From NCBI GenBank assembly GCA_050331235.1, contig JBHJHA010000005.1, forward strand, positions 37,371-101,370: a stretch of DNA of 64,000 nt. Reading direction: 5' to 3'. The position numbers and the translations under genes are program-made. The notes under the pieces are model-generated. The model was given only the letters and a program-made list of their open reading frames with translations. It searched no databases and was not told the origin of the DNA. This document shows positions 9,936-19,461 of the stretch, piece after piece; positions within the stretch are counted from its first letter, which is position 1; each line of letters starts with the position of its first letter. This stretch comes from Leptolyngbyaceae cyanobacterium (GTDB lineage: Bacteria; Cyanobacteriota; Cyanobacteriia; Phormidesmidales; Phormidesmidaceae).

Positions 9936-11825
9936 ATGGGACTGCTGGAACTACCACAATTGACTCTAGTCAGTGGCAAAGGAGGCGTTGGGAAAACGAC
10001 TCTGGCTTGCGCGATCGCCCTGACGACTGCTGAAGATCATCCGACCGAATCAGTGTTACTCCTATCGACGGATCCAGCTCATTCGTTAGGCGACGTGTTG
10101 TTGCTACCCGTAGATGATGACGCGCGCGCTCACCCCCATCGTCCCAATTTACAGGTCCGTGCCCTGGACGCTGAGCGCTTGCTGACGGCTTTTAGACGTG
10201 ACTATGGCAAGGTGCTAGAAACTCTGGTGGAGCGGGGAAGCTTTGTCGAAGATAGCGATCTGACTCCCGTGTGGGATATGGACTGGCCTGGACTCAACGA
10301 GTTGATGGGGCTCCTGGAAATTCAGCGAATGCTGCGGGCTGGGGAGGCCGACTGCATCATTGTCGACATGGCCCCCAGCGGTCATACGCTCAACTTGCTG
10401 GGCCTCATGGACTTTTTAGAGACGCTGTTGTCCTCCCTGCAGCTCTTTCAAGAAAAGCACCGCTATATGGTGCAGTCGCTGTCTGGAAGCTACCAACCCG
10501 ATACAGCGGACGAATTTTTGACCACGATGACCGCTGATTTGGCCGCTGGGCGATCGCAACTCCAAGCTCCTGAGCGCACTGCCTGCTGGGTCGTCGCCAT
10601 TCCGGAGCCCCTCAGTCTACGGGAAACTGAACGGTTCGTTGCGGCATTGCATGATCTGCAAATTCCCCTGGGTGGAGTTGTCGTTAACCGACTAACGGGC
10701 AACGCCTCACAGCAAACGCAACTGCGGAAATTTGAGCAAATTCAGCCCGATATCCCGGTGTTGGGGTTGCCGCTGCAAACCGTTGAGCCCGTCGGCCATG
10801 AAGCACTCAAGCAACTGTTAGCGGCGGTGGCCGTCACCACCACTTGGCAAGCTGAGGCCCCGGATACAGTTTGGCACTGGCCTGAGCCTGTCGGCCGGGG
10901 ATTGCCCGATTTTATTAATGAGGGTCGACGGTTGATCATCCTTGGTGGCAAGGGTGGGGTAGGCAAAACAACCGTCGCCGCTGCGATCGCTTGGGGCATG
11001 GCGCATAAGCACCCCCAAGCTGCCGTGCGGGTGATGTCCATCGACCCGGCTCATTCCCTCGGGGATGTCCTAGAGATGCCCCTGGGACATCGGGCTACAG
11101 CGGTGAATGAAAATCTTACCGCTCAAGAAGTTGATGCTGATACGGTGCTGCAACAATTTCGTGACGATTACCTATGGGAGTTAGCCGCCATGATGAGTGG
11201 CGACACCGGTGATGACCAGCTACAAATTGCCTATGGTCCCGAGGCGTGGCGCCAAATCGTCGCCCAGGCCCTGCCCGGCATTGATGAAATGCTATCTCTG
11301 ATCACAGTTATGGAACTGCTAGAGCGGGATCAAGAGCAGCTCATCGTGTTAGACACGGCTCCGACCGGACATCTGCTGCGCTTCTTAGAGATGCCTACAG
11401 CCTTGGGGGACTGGTTGGCCTGGATCTTTAAACTATGGATGAAATATCAGGATGTAGTGGGTCATACGGAGCTAATGAGTCGCCTGCGGGGCTTACGCAA
11501 GCAGGTTATGAACGCCCAAAAACGACTCACCGATGCCACCCACACAGACTTCATCGGCGTCGTTCAAGATCAAACGGCGATTACGGCTGAAACTGCCCGC
11601 CTCTGCCAAACGCTGCAGGAGATGTCCGTGGCCCAGCGCTACATCATTCACAATCGCTATACTGGCACCGACTTGCCAGAGACGGTGTTCCCACAGCAGA
11701 TGATTGTACGTTTGCCGACTCTGCCGGATAGTGCCCCTCCCCGTGCCCAAGTGGAGGGCGCGGCAGCACTCCTGTTTGCTCAGCCCCAACGGCATTGTGC
11801 TCAAACCTTAGATGGCAACGGGTGA
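9936..11825 (+). CDS. Tandem-domain ArsA/Get3-family ATPase
   Basis: Two GKGGVGKTT P-loops, STDPAHSL and SIDPAHSL, DMAPSGH and DTAPTGH. Confidence 0.92.
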   Translation: MGLLELPQLTLVSGKGGVGKTTLACAIALTTAEDHPTESVLLLSTDPAHSLGDVLLLPVDDDARAHPHRPNLQVRALDAERLLTAFRRDYGKVLETLVERGSFVEDSDLTPVWDMDWPGLNELMGLLEIQRMLRAGEADCIIVDMAPSGHTLNLLGLMDFLETLLSSLQLFQEKHRYMVQSLSGSYQPDTADEFLTTMTADLAAGRSQLQAPERTACWVVAIPEPLSLRETERFVAALHDLQIPLGGVVVNRLTGNASQQTQLRKFEQIQPDIPVLGLPLQTVEPVGHEALKQLLAAVAVTTTWQAEAPDTVWHWPEPVGRGLPDFINEGRRLIILGGKGGVGKTTVAAAIAWGMAHKHPQAAVRVMSIDPAHSLGDVLEMPLGHRATAVNENLTAQEVDADTVLQQFRDDYLWELAAMMSGDTGDDQLQIAYGPEAWRQIVAQALPGIDEMLSLITVMELLERDQEQLIVLDTAPTGHLLRFLEMPTALGDWLAWIFKLWMKYQDVVGHTELMSRLRGLRKQVMNAQKRLTDATHTDFIGVVQDQTAITAETARLCQTLQEMSVAQRYIIHNRYTGTDLPETVFPQQMIVRLPTLPDSAPPRAQVEGAAALLFAQPQRHCAQTLDGNG

Positions 11826-14239
11826 TTTGGGAGCTGGTTGAGCGGTGGCGATCGCAGCTCTGCTTCGCGCTGGGCAACAAGCTGCTTGACCTTGACCACA
11901 CTATCAGGATTCAGTGAGATGGAATCAATACCGGCCTCCACCAAAAATGCCGCAAACTCTGGATGGTCGCTCGGGGCTTGCCCACAAATACCTACTTTGC
12001 GCCCCGCAGCGTGGGCTGTTTTAATCACGTGCTGAATCGCGATTTTGACCGCCTCATTCTGTTCATCAAACAGATCAGCAAGATCCCCAGCATCGCGATC
12101 AACACCCAAAACTAACTGCGTCAGGTCATTGCTACCAATCGAAAAGCCATCAAAGCGCTCTGCAAACTTGTGTGCCAGCAAGACGTTAGAGGGTATTTCA
12201 CACATGACATAAATTTGCAGGCCATTGACTCCGCGTTTGAGCCCGTTGTCCGCCAAAACCTCGAGGACTTTATCCGCCTCGGCAATGGTGCGACAAAAGG
12301 GCACCATGATGATCACGTTGGTAAATCCGAGTACCTCACGTACCTGTCTGAGGGCTCGACACTCTAAAGCAAAACCCTCACGGTAGCGATCGCTGTAGTA
12401 TCTTGAGGCCCCTCGAAATCCCAGCATTGGATTTGATTCAGCCTGCTCAAACCCCTGCCCTCCAATCAAATCCGCATATTCATTGGTCTTAAAATCGCTG
12501 AGTCGCACAATTACCGGATGGGGATATTGGGAAGCCGCAATCTTACCAATGCCTTGGGTCAGTTTATCGACAAAGTAATCCCGTTTGTCCTTATACCCCT
12601 GAGTCATGTCGCGAATCACTGCCCAAGCGTCATGGTCATTTAGCTGGTTATAATGCACTAGCGCCATGGGGTGAATCTTAATCAAGTTGTTGATAATAAA
12701 CTCCATACGGGCCAACCCGATGCCCTCGGCGGGCAGTTGCCACCAGCTAAACGCCGCTGCCGGCGTGGCAATATTCATCATGAGTTGAGTCTGGGTCGCC
12801 GGCACCTGACTTAAGTCAACCTCCGCCGTCTCATACGCCAACTGGCCTGGATACACAAAGCCCTGATCGCCCTCAGCACAAGAAATCGTCACAGACTGGT
12901 CGTGATACAGGCGTTTGGTCGCATTGCCGGTGCCCACAATCGCGGGAATGCCCAATTCGCGACTCACAATTGCGGCGTGGCAGGTTCGCCCCCCGTAGTC
13001 CGTCACGATACCGGCGACCCGCTTCATCACTGGCACCCAGTCGGGGTCAGTCATCTCGGTCACGAGAATGCTGCCGTCTTCAACCTCATCCATCTCGGAG
13101 GGATCCATAACCTGGCAGACCTGGCCGCTGGCGATCGCATCTCCAATACTCAAGCCAGTCACTAGGGGCTCTGCAGAGGCTTTCAGCTTATAGGTTTTGA
13201 GGCGACTCCGAACTTTCTGCGATTGTACGGTTTCGGGGCGGGCCTGCACGATAAATAGGTCGCCGCTGTTGCCGTCTTTGGCCCACTCCATATCCATCGG
13301 GCCCCCGTAGTGCTCCTCAATCAGTACGGCCCACCGAGCTAACTGCAACACTTCGGCATCGCTGAGCACAAAGGCCAAGCGCTCTTTACTACTCGTGTTG
13401 ATATTTTTGACGGCTGAGCGGCCGCCTTCCTCGTTGTAGACCATTTTCTTGGCCTTGCTGCCCTTGACTTTGTCAATGATGGGACTCAATCCTGCTTTGA
13501 GCAACGGCTTGAACACGACAAACTGATCGGGCGTAACAGTTCCCTGCACGACGTTTTCTCCGAGCCCCCAGGCCCCCGTGATGATGGCTGCATGGGGAAA
13601 ACCCGATTCAGTATCGATGGAAAAACTCACGCCAGCACAAGCTTTATCCGATCGCACCATTTTTTGTACGCCGATGGATAAGGCCACGTCCATGTGGGCA
13701 AATCCTTTTTCTTCGCGATAGCTGATGGCGCGATCGGTAAATAGTGACGCATAACATTTGTGGCAGGCCATCAATAGTTCTTTTTCGTTGTGAATATTGA
13801 GGTAGGTTTCCTGCTGTCCAGCAAAGCTGGCATCGGGCAGGTCTTCAGCCGTGGCGCTGCTCCGCACCGCCGTATCCACATGGTCAACATGATATTGCTG
13901 GCTCAGCGCGCGGTAGGCCCGGCGAATCTCGTCCTCCAAATCCTTAGGAAAAGGTGCTTCGAGCAACAGATTACGAATGGCTTTGCCTGTCTTTGCCAAA
14001 GCCTGCTGCTGCTGGGCAAATGCCTGTAGCTGCCTCTGAATTTCACCTTCGAGCTGGTTGGCTTTCAAAAAGACCCGATAGGCCGCAGCGGTAATAGCAA
14101 AACCGTTCGGCACACGAATACCTTTTGCGCTTAAATTACTAATTAGTTCTCCCAAGGAGGCATTTTTACCTCCAACGATAGCCACATCGGTATTGGTAAG
14201 GGTATTAAAGCGACGAATGTAAAATGACGTGTTTTCCAT
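11801..14239 (-). CDS. ppsA: Phosphoenolpyruvate synthase
   Basis: VGGKNASLGE, VRSSATAEDLP, phospho-His GGRTCHAAIVSRE, FSIGSNDLTQ, GICGQAPSD. Confidence 0.97.
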   Translation of the reverse strand: MENTSFYIRRFNTLTNTDVAIVGGKNASLGELISNLSAKGIRVPNGFAITAAAYRVFLKANQLEGEIQRQLQAFAQQQQALAKTGKAIRNLLLEAPFPKDLEDEIRRAYRALSQQYHVDHVDTAVRSSATAEDLPDASFAGQQETYLNIHNEKELLMACHKCYASLFTDRAISYREEKGFAHMDVALSIGVQKMVRSDKACAGVSFSIDTESGFPHAAIITGAWGLGENVVQGTVTPDQFVVFKPLLKAGLSPIIDKVKGSKAKKMVYNEEGGRSAVKNINTSSKERLAFVLSDAEVLQLARWAVLIEEHYGGPMDMEWAKDGNSGDLFIVQARPETVQSQKVRSRLKTYKLKASAEPLVTGLSIGDAIASGQVCQVMDPSEMDEVEDGSILVTEMTDPDWVPVMKRVAGIVTDYGGRTCHAAIVSRELGIPAIVGTGNATKRLYHDQSVTISCAEGDQGFVYPGQLAYETAEVDLSQVPATQTQLMMNIATPAAAFSWWQLPAEGIGLARMEFIINNLIKIHPMALVHYNQLNDHDAWAVIRDMTQGYKDKRDYFVDKLTQGIGKIAASQYPHPVIVRLSDFKTNEYADLIGGQGFEQAESNPMLGFRGASRYYSDRYREGFALECRALRQVREVLGFTNVIIMVPFCRTIAEADKVLEVLADNGLKRGVNGLQIYVMCEIPSNVLLAHKFAERFDGFSIGSNDLTQLVLGVDRDAGDLADLFDEQNEAVKIAIQHVIKTAHAAGRKVGICGQAPSDHPEFAAFLVEAGIDSISLNPDSVVKVKQLVAQREAELRSPPLNQLPNHPLPSKV

Positions 14240-15330
14240 GGTGAAGATGATTATTTTTATCAATTAAAGCTAGGAAATCTGAATATGTTTTGAGGCCCCA
14301 TATCTAATCTTTCCGCTAAGTTCGGTAATGGGTAATCAACTCACTAATGCTGTCAGCTCTTCTCTCAAGACCTTGAAACACAAGTCATTGAAGAGATTTG
14401 AGAAGAAAACTACCTGATTTGACCCAATCTAAACTCACTTGATTGGGAAACTGAAAGTGGCAAAGTTCCATGCTTTTATTCAGCCTAGCTTGTCTCTGCT
14501 GGCATTTGAAAAATTGAACTCATTTCTTCATTTTGACCAGTTTTTACTGTCATTAATAGCGAGAGACGATGCGATTGCCTGGGGTAGAGCGAAGCTTGAA
14601 GGGGGCTGGTGGGCAGTCGCTAATAAGGGGGCTTACCCTGACATCCCCATCACTGCGATCCATCGAGGATGACCGCAGTCTAAAATTTCTTCTCTCAGGA
14701 AAAATTACGGCTGCGGGCTCATTTTCAGGATCAACGATCATTTGTATTGGGGATGGCCGCTCTCAAAGCAGAAGGTGGACGGCGGATAAACTGATTTATG
14801 GTCGCCTGTACCCCATCGCCACTCCCTGAAAAATGTGTAAATGTCTGTGACAATTCAGCATTTCCTTTAAGTTATGTTGTCGATGCCTTGACCCCGGTGT
14901 TAACGTCAGACGCAATTGAATGTCTTGCATTCAATCTAGATGCTCCGCTTTACACATGCATTGGAATTGACTTCCGAGGAGGACTCATATGCTGAGTCAT
15001 GTCACGCTTCCGATTAGTTATCGTTGAGCATATTCAGGTGCCGCGATCTCTGGTTGAGTCTACAGCCCCATGAGTCTACTTAACCGATGAAGGGTTTCCC
15101 GCCCGTGATCGATTTGTAATACGACTCAAGTTCCAGTGATCGCTAGCACACCACATACTGCGTTTTTGAAAAGTTAGGGACGCCAGCTCTGAGCTCGGGA
15201 TGGGGTTTGTTTGTTGGCAAACCTTCGATCTTGTCCTTTGGATAGCGTTGCTCACATGACCTATCACTACTGCATTTGGTTTGGTGCTGCTCAATGACCG
15301 CAGCGCTGGACCTTCTTTATGGAGGTTTCT

Positions 15331-16137
15331 ATGAAACTGCACGGTAAAACTGCCCTAGTCACCGGGGCTTCGCGCGGCATTGGTCGTGCGATCGCTTTAG
15401 AACTGGCCCGTCAGCACTGTCGCTGCCTCATTTTGGTTGCCCGCGATGCCGAGCGACTCACTGAAGTTGCGACCGCCATTGAGGCGATCGGTACCCACGC
15501 TGTCATTCTCCCGGTTGATCTCACTCAGCCCGTTGACGTGCATGTCGCGGTTGCAAACGTGTGGCAGCGGTGTGGTCCTATCGATTTACTCGTCAACTGC
15601 GCGGGCGTCTCTCATCAGACCCCATTTTTGCAGTCTCGTCTGCCCCAGGTCGAGGCCGAGCTCTCCACCAACTTGGTGGGGCTGTACACCATTACTCATC
15701 TGGTAGCTCGCCGTATGGTCGTCTATCGACAGGGACATATCGTTAATGTTTCTAGCTTGATGGGTAAAGTCGCAGCCCCCACCATGGCAACCTATTCCGC
15801 CACAAAATTCGCCATTCTCGGCTTTAGCCAGGCACTCCGAGGCGAACTTGCCCCCCACAATGTCAAAGTGACGTCGCTGTTGCCGTCTTTGACTGACACT
15901 GACATGGTGCGACATTTTGACTGGTTTCGCTGGGTACAGCCCATGACCGCTGAGCAAGTTGCCGGGGCTTTGGTCAGAGGCCTACAGCGAGAGTCCGCTG
16001 AGATCGTCGTGGGCTGGCAGGCCCGCTTAGCGGTCATGGGCAACCGAGTCGCACCGGGCTTAGTCGAACGGGTCGTGCAATGGGCTGCTCCCCCTGCGCC
16101 GAGACAACCCGTATTTCGGCTAGAAAAGACCTTCTAG
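15331..16137 (+). CDS. Short-chain dehydrogenase/reductase
   Basis: TGASRGIG, VNCAG, NVSS, YSATK catalytic motif; GGAGG before ATG 15331. Confidence 0.93.
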   Translation: MKLHGKTALVTGASRGIGRAIALELARQHCRCLILVARDAERLTEVATAIEAIGTHAVILPVDLTQPVDVHVAVANVWQRCGPIDLLVNCAGVSHQTPFLQSRLPQVEAELSTNLVGLYTITHLVARRMVVYRQGHIVNVSSLMGKVAAPTMATYSATKFAILGFSQALRGELAPHNVKVTSLLPSLTDTDMVRHFDWFRWVQPMTAEQVAGALVRGLQRESAEIVVGWQARLAVMGNRVAPGLVERVVQWAAPPAPRQPVFRLEKTF

Positions 16138-16212
16138 CGATAAAAGTCTAGCAAAGGGTCTCAAGGGTGCAAATGAGAATCTCATGGCCGAACCCCAGGA
16201 CAAGCGGGGCAG

Positions 16213-16252
16213 TTGTCAGCGAGTCACTTTAATGGGATAAACTCGCTGACGA
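16213..16252. terminator. Hairpin between convergent SDR and aminopeptidase genes
   Basis: GTCAGCGAGT ... ACTCGCTGAC perfect 10-bp inverted repeat. Confidence 0.5.
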
Positions 16253-16279
16253 GTTGCCTCGCACCTATGGCTGTGCGAT

Positions 16280-18880
16280 CTACGCCTTACCCTTTGCTTC
16301 CAAGTCTTCTAGGCGGCTTTTGAGCTCTTGATTAGACCTTTTCAGTTCCTCAAAATCTTGCTGAAGCTTGGTGATTGCTTGGTCCTTATCGAGCTTCTCC
16401 TGGACCTTTTGCAGGGTTTCTTCTGCGCGGCGACGAACTCGTCCATCGTCAATGTGATTGGCGATACTCTGTAAGATGGCGATCGCGCCAGCATCTTCCA
16501 TCAGACCCAACGCAGCGATCGCCGTCATCTGAGTTGTGAACTGTGGTTCTCGGGAAATGGCATCCAGCCGTTCTAAGATCCGTTCAACGTTGGTCTTCGA
16601 CTGCCCCGTAGAGACCCGCCCCAACGCCCGCAACGCTCCTAGCCGCAACATTGCAGAAACATTGGGATCGGTATATTGCAAGATCACTGCCAGAGCCGCC
16701 TCCGACGATTTAAATTGACTGATGCCACTCAATGCGCCGGAGCGCACGACTTCGTTCCAGCCAATGCGTTCCTTAAGGAGGGTTTGTAACACCGCCAAGG
16801 TCTCCGTCTCCGGGGGAATGCCGGTAAGTTTTGATGCGCCAATTTCGCCGAGGGCACTGGCCGCCGCTGCTTCTACGTAGTAGCTGGCATCCCCGGCTTG
16901 AGCCACTTGTAAAACAGCTTGATAACTAGTCGCGGTCTTCACTTGCCCGAGGGCGGTTACCACAGCTCGCCTTACCTTAGGGTGCTCGTCTTGTAGCCCT
17001 TTGAGCAAAGCCTCGACGGCCTGATCGAGCTTGAGGGCGGCTAGCTGCTTGGCGGCCTCCGCCCGAATGCCCCAAAACGGATCGTCCATGAGGGCTCCTG
17101 CCAGTGCTTTCACTGCCTCCAGACCGCCTTTTTGGGCGATCGCTTCGACCGCATAGACCCGAGCAATCGGGTCAGGATCGTAGTGCAACTGAGCCTTGAG
17201 TTCCGGCATGGGATATTCCAGCTTGACCGTTTTGGTATGGTGGTTGCCCACATCAAAGCTGACAAAGTCAGGCTTTTTGGGTAGAGGAAAATACAGGGCT
17301 TGTTCCTGTTCATGGATGCGTACTGTGATGGGCTGTACCCCAGCTTTGCCCTGCTCAACATAGCCAAAACCGATGGGCATCTTGAGATCAAACAAACCGT
17401 TTTGACTGCTCTTATCCCCCGCTTTACCCTGCGTTTGGGTGACGGTTACTTTCGCGAGATTGCTATCTGCATCCCATTTATAGGCCACCTTAAAGTCTGG
17501 ATGCCCACCGCGATATACGTATTGGTCGAAGAGAAAGCGGAGATTGCGGCCAGTGGTTTCCTCAATCGTGCGAATCAGATCGAGGGTCTCGACGGTTTTG
17601 TGAACAAACTTGTTGACAAAACCATGAATTGCCTGCCAGAAGAGATCATCCCCCAGTTCAGTGCGGATCATGTGATAGACACAGGCCCCTTTCTCATAAA
17701 TATGGCGATCGTAGAGCTCAATCGGCTCTCGGTAGACGTGGGTCACCATGGGGCGACGATAGCGACCCTTATCTTCGGCGAGATAGCTCCGCATTTCGTT
17801 CAACCGATAATATGCGGCTTCTTCTGCCCCGTATTGATCATCCGTCCATAACACTTCTGAGTAGGTCGCCATGCCCTCTTTGACCCAGGCATGGGACCAG
17901 TGATTGATCACAAGCAAGTCGCCAAACCACTGATGGGCGAGTTCGTGGGCCACTAGCATTTCTGAGTTTGTGTTGTCTAGCGCCGCTCGCTGGTCAAGCA
18001 GGCAGCGATCTGTCAGCAGCGTACATGATGTATTTTCCATGCCGCCAAAGGTGAAGTCTTTAATGCAGACTTGCGCATATTTGGGAAAGGCGTAGCGGTA
18101 ACCGAAGCGATCGCTAAAAAAGCCAATCATGGCTGGGGTCTTGCCCATGGTCCGTTGCGCGTCATCCTTCTGGCCCTTTTGAGCGTAGTAGGTAACAGGA
18201 ATGCCGTCCCATTCATCGCGAACTTCGTCAAAGTCACCCACCGCCAGCGTCATCAGATAAGACGGATGCACTTCTTTTTGTACCCAGTGGAAAATTTTGA
18301 CGTCGCCATCATCAACCGCTTCTACTAACTCCCCATTGGAGATCGCCTGGTAGGGTCTGGGCACCCGCACCCGAATCTCACTGGTGGCCAACTGCCCAGG
18401 ATAGTCAAAGCAGGGAAACCAATAGCGAGAATCTTCATCTTCGCCTTGGGTCCACACCTGTACAGGTTTATCGGGCTGATGCTCAGTAGGCGTGACAAAG
18501 TAGAGTCCCCGTTGGGGGTTTTCGCTGCGATAGGTTACAGCTACCTCAATTTGCTTATCCACCTGTGTGGGAACGCTCAGATGGGCAATCAGTCGTTCTC
18601 CATCATGGTCAAACTGCTGTGCTAGGTTCCCTACCATGACGGAGTCAATTTGCAAATTGACCGCGTCTAGGACCAGGCGATCGATCCCATCGCGGACCGG
18701 TGTGAGCTGAATCTTACAGGTGCCGGTATAGCGCTGATGCTCAATGTCTAAATCTAGTTCTAAAGCGATATGATCAACTTGCCCTGGGCGATCCGGTGTG
18801 TAATGAGGCCTTGCCCCTGGCAGCTCAAACGACTTGTGCTTAGGGGGTTCAGCGGTGTCAAAGCCGGCAAAGTTGAGCAT
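16280..18880 (-). CDS. pepN: M1 family aminopeptidase with C-terminal HEAT repeats and coiled coil
   Basis: GGMEN, HELAHQWFG with downstream E (WVKEG), YEKGA; HEAT-like repeats (DDPFWGIRAEAA, DEHPKVRRAVV). Confidence 0.92.
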   Translation of the reverse strand: MLNFAGFDTAEPPKHKSFELPGARPHYTPDRPGQVDHIALELDLDIEHQRYTGTCKIQLTPVRDGIDRLVLDAVNLQIDSVMVGNLAQQFDHDGERLIAHLSVPTQVDKQIEVAVTYRSENPQRGLYFVTPTEHQPDKPVQVWTQGEDEDSRYWFPCFDYPGQLATSEIRVRVPRPYQAISNGELVEAVDDGDVKIFHWVQKEVHPSYLMTLAVGDFDEVRDEWDGIPVTYYAQKGQKDDAQRTMGKTPAMIGFFSDRFGYRYAFPKYAQVCIKDFTFGGMENTSCTLLTDRCLLDQRAALDNTNSEMLVAHELAHQWFGDLLVINHWSHAWVKEGMATYSEVLWTDDQYGAEEAAYYRLNEMRSYLAEDKGRYRRPMVTHVYREPIELYDRHIYEKGACVYHMIRTELGDDLFWQAIHGFVNKFVHKTVETLDLIRTIEETTGRNLRFLFDQYVYRGGHPDFKVAYKWDADSNLAKVTVTQTQGKAGDKSSQNGLFDLKMPIGFGYVEQGKAGVQPITVRIHEQEQALYFPLPKKPDFVSFDVGNHHTKTVKLEYPMPELKAQLHYDPDPIARVYAVEAIAQKGGLEAVKALAGALMDDPFWGIRAEAAKQLAALKLDQAVEALLKGLQDEHPKVRRAVVTALGQVKTATSYQAVLQVAQAGDASYYVEAAAASALGEIGASKLTGIPPETETLAVLQTLLKERIGWNEVVRSGALSGISQFKSSEAALAVILQYTDPNVSAMLRLGALRALGRVSTGQSKTNVERILERLDAISREPQFTTQMTAIAALGLMEDAGAIAILQSIANHIDDGRVRRRAEETLQKVQEKLDKDQAITKLQQDFEELKRSNQELKSRLEDLEAKGKA

Positions 18881-19399
18881 GATTTCCTCGAAGCCATTCA
18901 GTAAAGTGGGCGATCGCCACCGAAGTTATCTGGAGAGAGGGCGATCGTAACCTGATTAATAGGTTAACGCTTCTAAGGTGAGATGAATGGACACTCTCCC
19001 GGTCAACTCCAGGTAGGAATGAGTGTGACCAACCGAGCGATGCAGTGGCGACATATCGCTGTGGACGAGAGGACTTTGCCGCAGATGGCAGCTTCCTGCA
19101 TGCGTCGCAACTGTCTGATTCCTTGAGTCGTAGCTATGTCCAGACAATTCAACGGATCTAAATCCATCTGAATACAGATTGCCCGCCTCACTGATGTCAT
19201 GCATCCATGAGAACATCTCAAGCTACTCAAACCACCATGTCTGATGCGTCGCAGTTATCGGGCCGCGGCAACTATTCTGGGTTGCAATCCGGCTTCGTAT
19301 CCCATGGCCAGCTAATCCTAGAAGGAGCTGAATGCCACTATGCCAACCATTATCGGAACCATGATCATCAAGAACCGGAGGTGAGGGATTGCAGACAAT

Positions 19400-19431
19400 A
19401 AAAAGCGCCCCCCCGGAGAGAGGCGCTTTTT
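19400..19431 (-). terminator. Rho-independent terminator of psbA (likely bidirectional)
   Basis: AAAAAGCGCC...GGCGCTTTTT inverted repeat with A/T tracts on both sides, 30 nt after the psbA stop. Confidence 0.85.
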
Positions 19432-19461
19432 CACTCATTCAATTTAGCTGCGAGCTGCAGA

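Noticed and set aside
14553..14741. 62-aa ORF upstream of ppsA
   Set aside because: No clear ribosome-binding site or motif, and competing ORFs of similar size lie on the other strand
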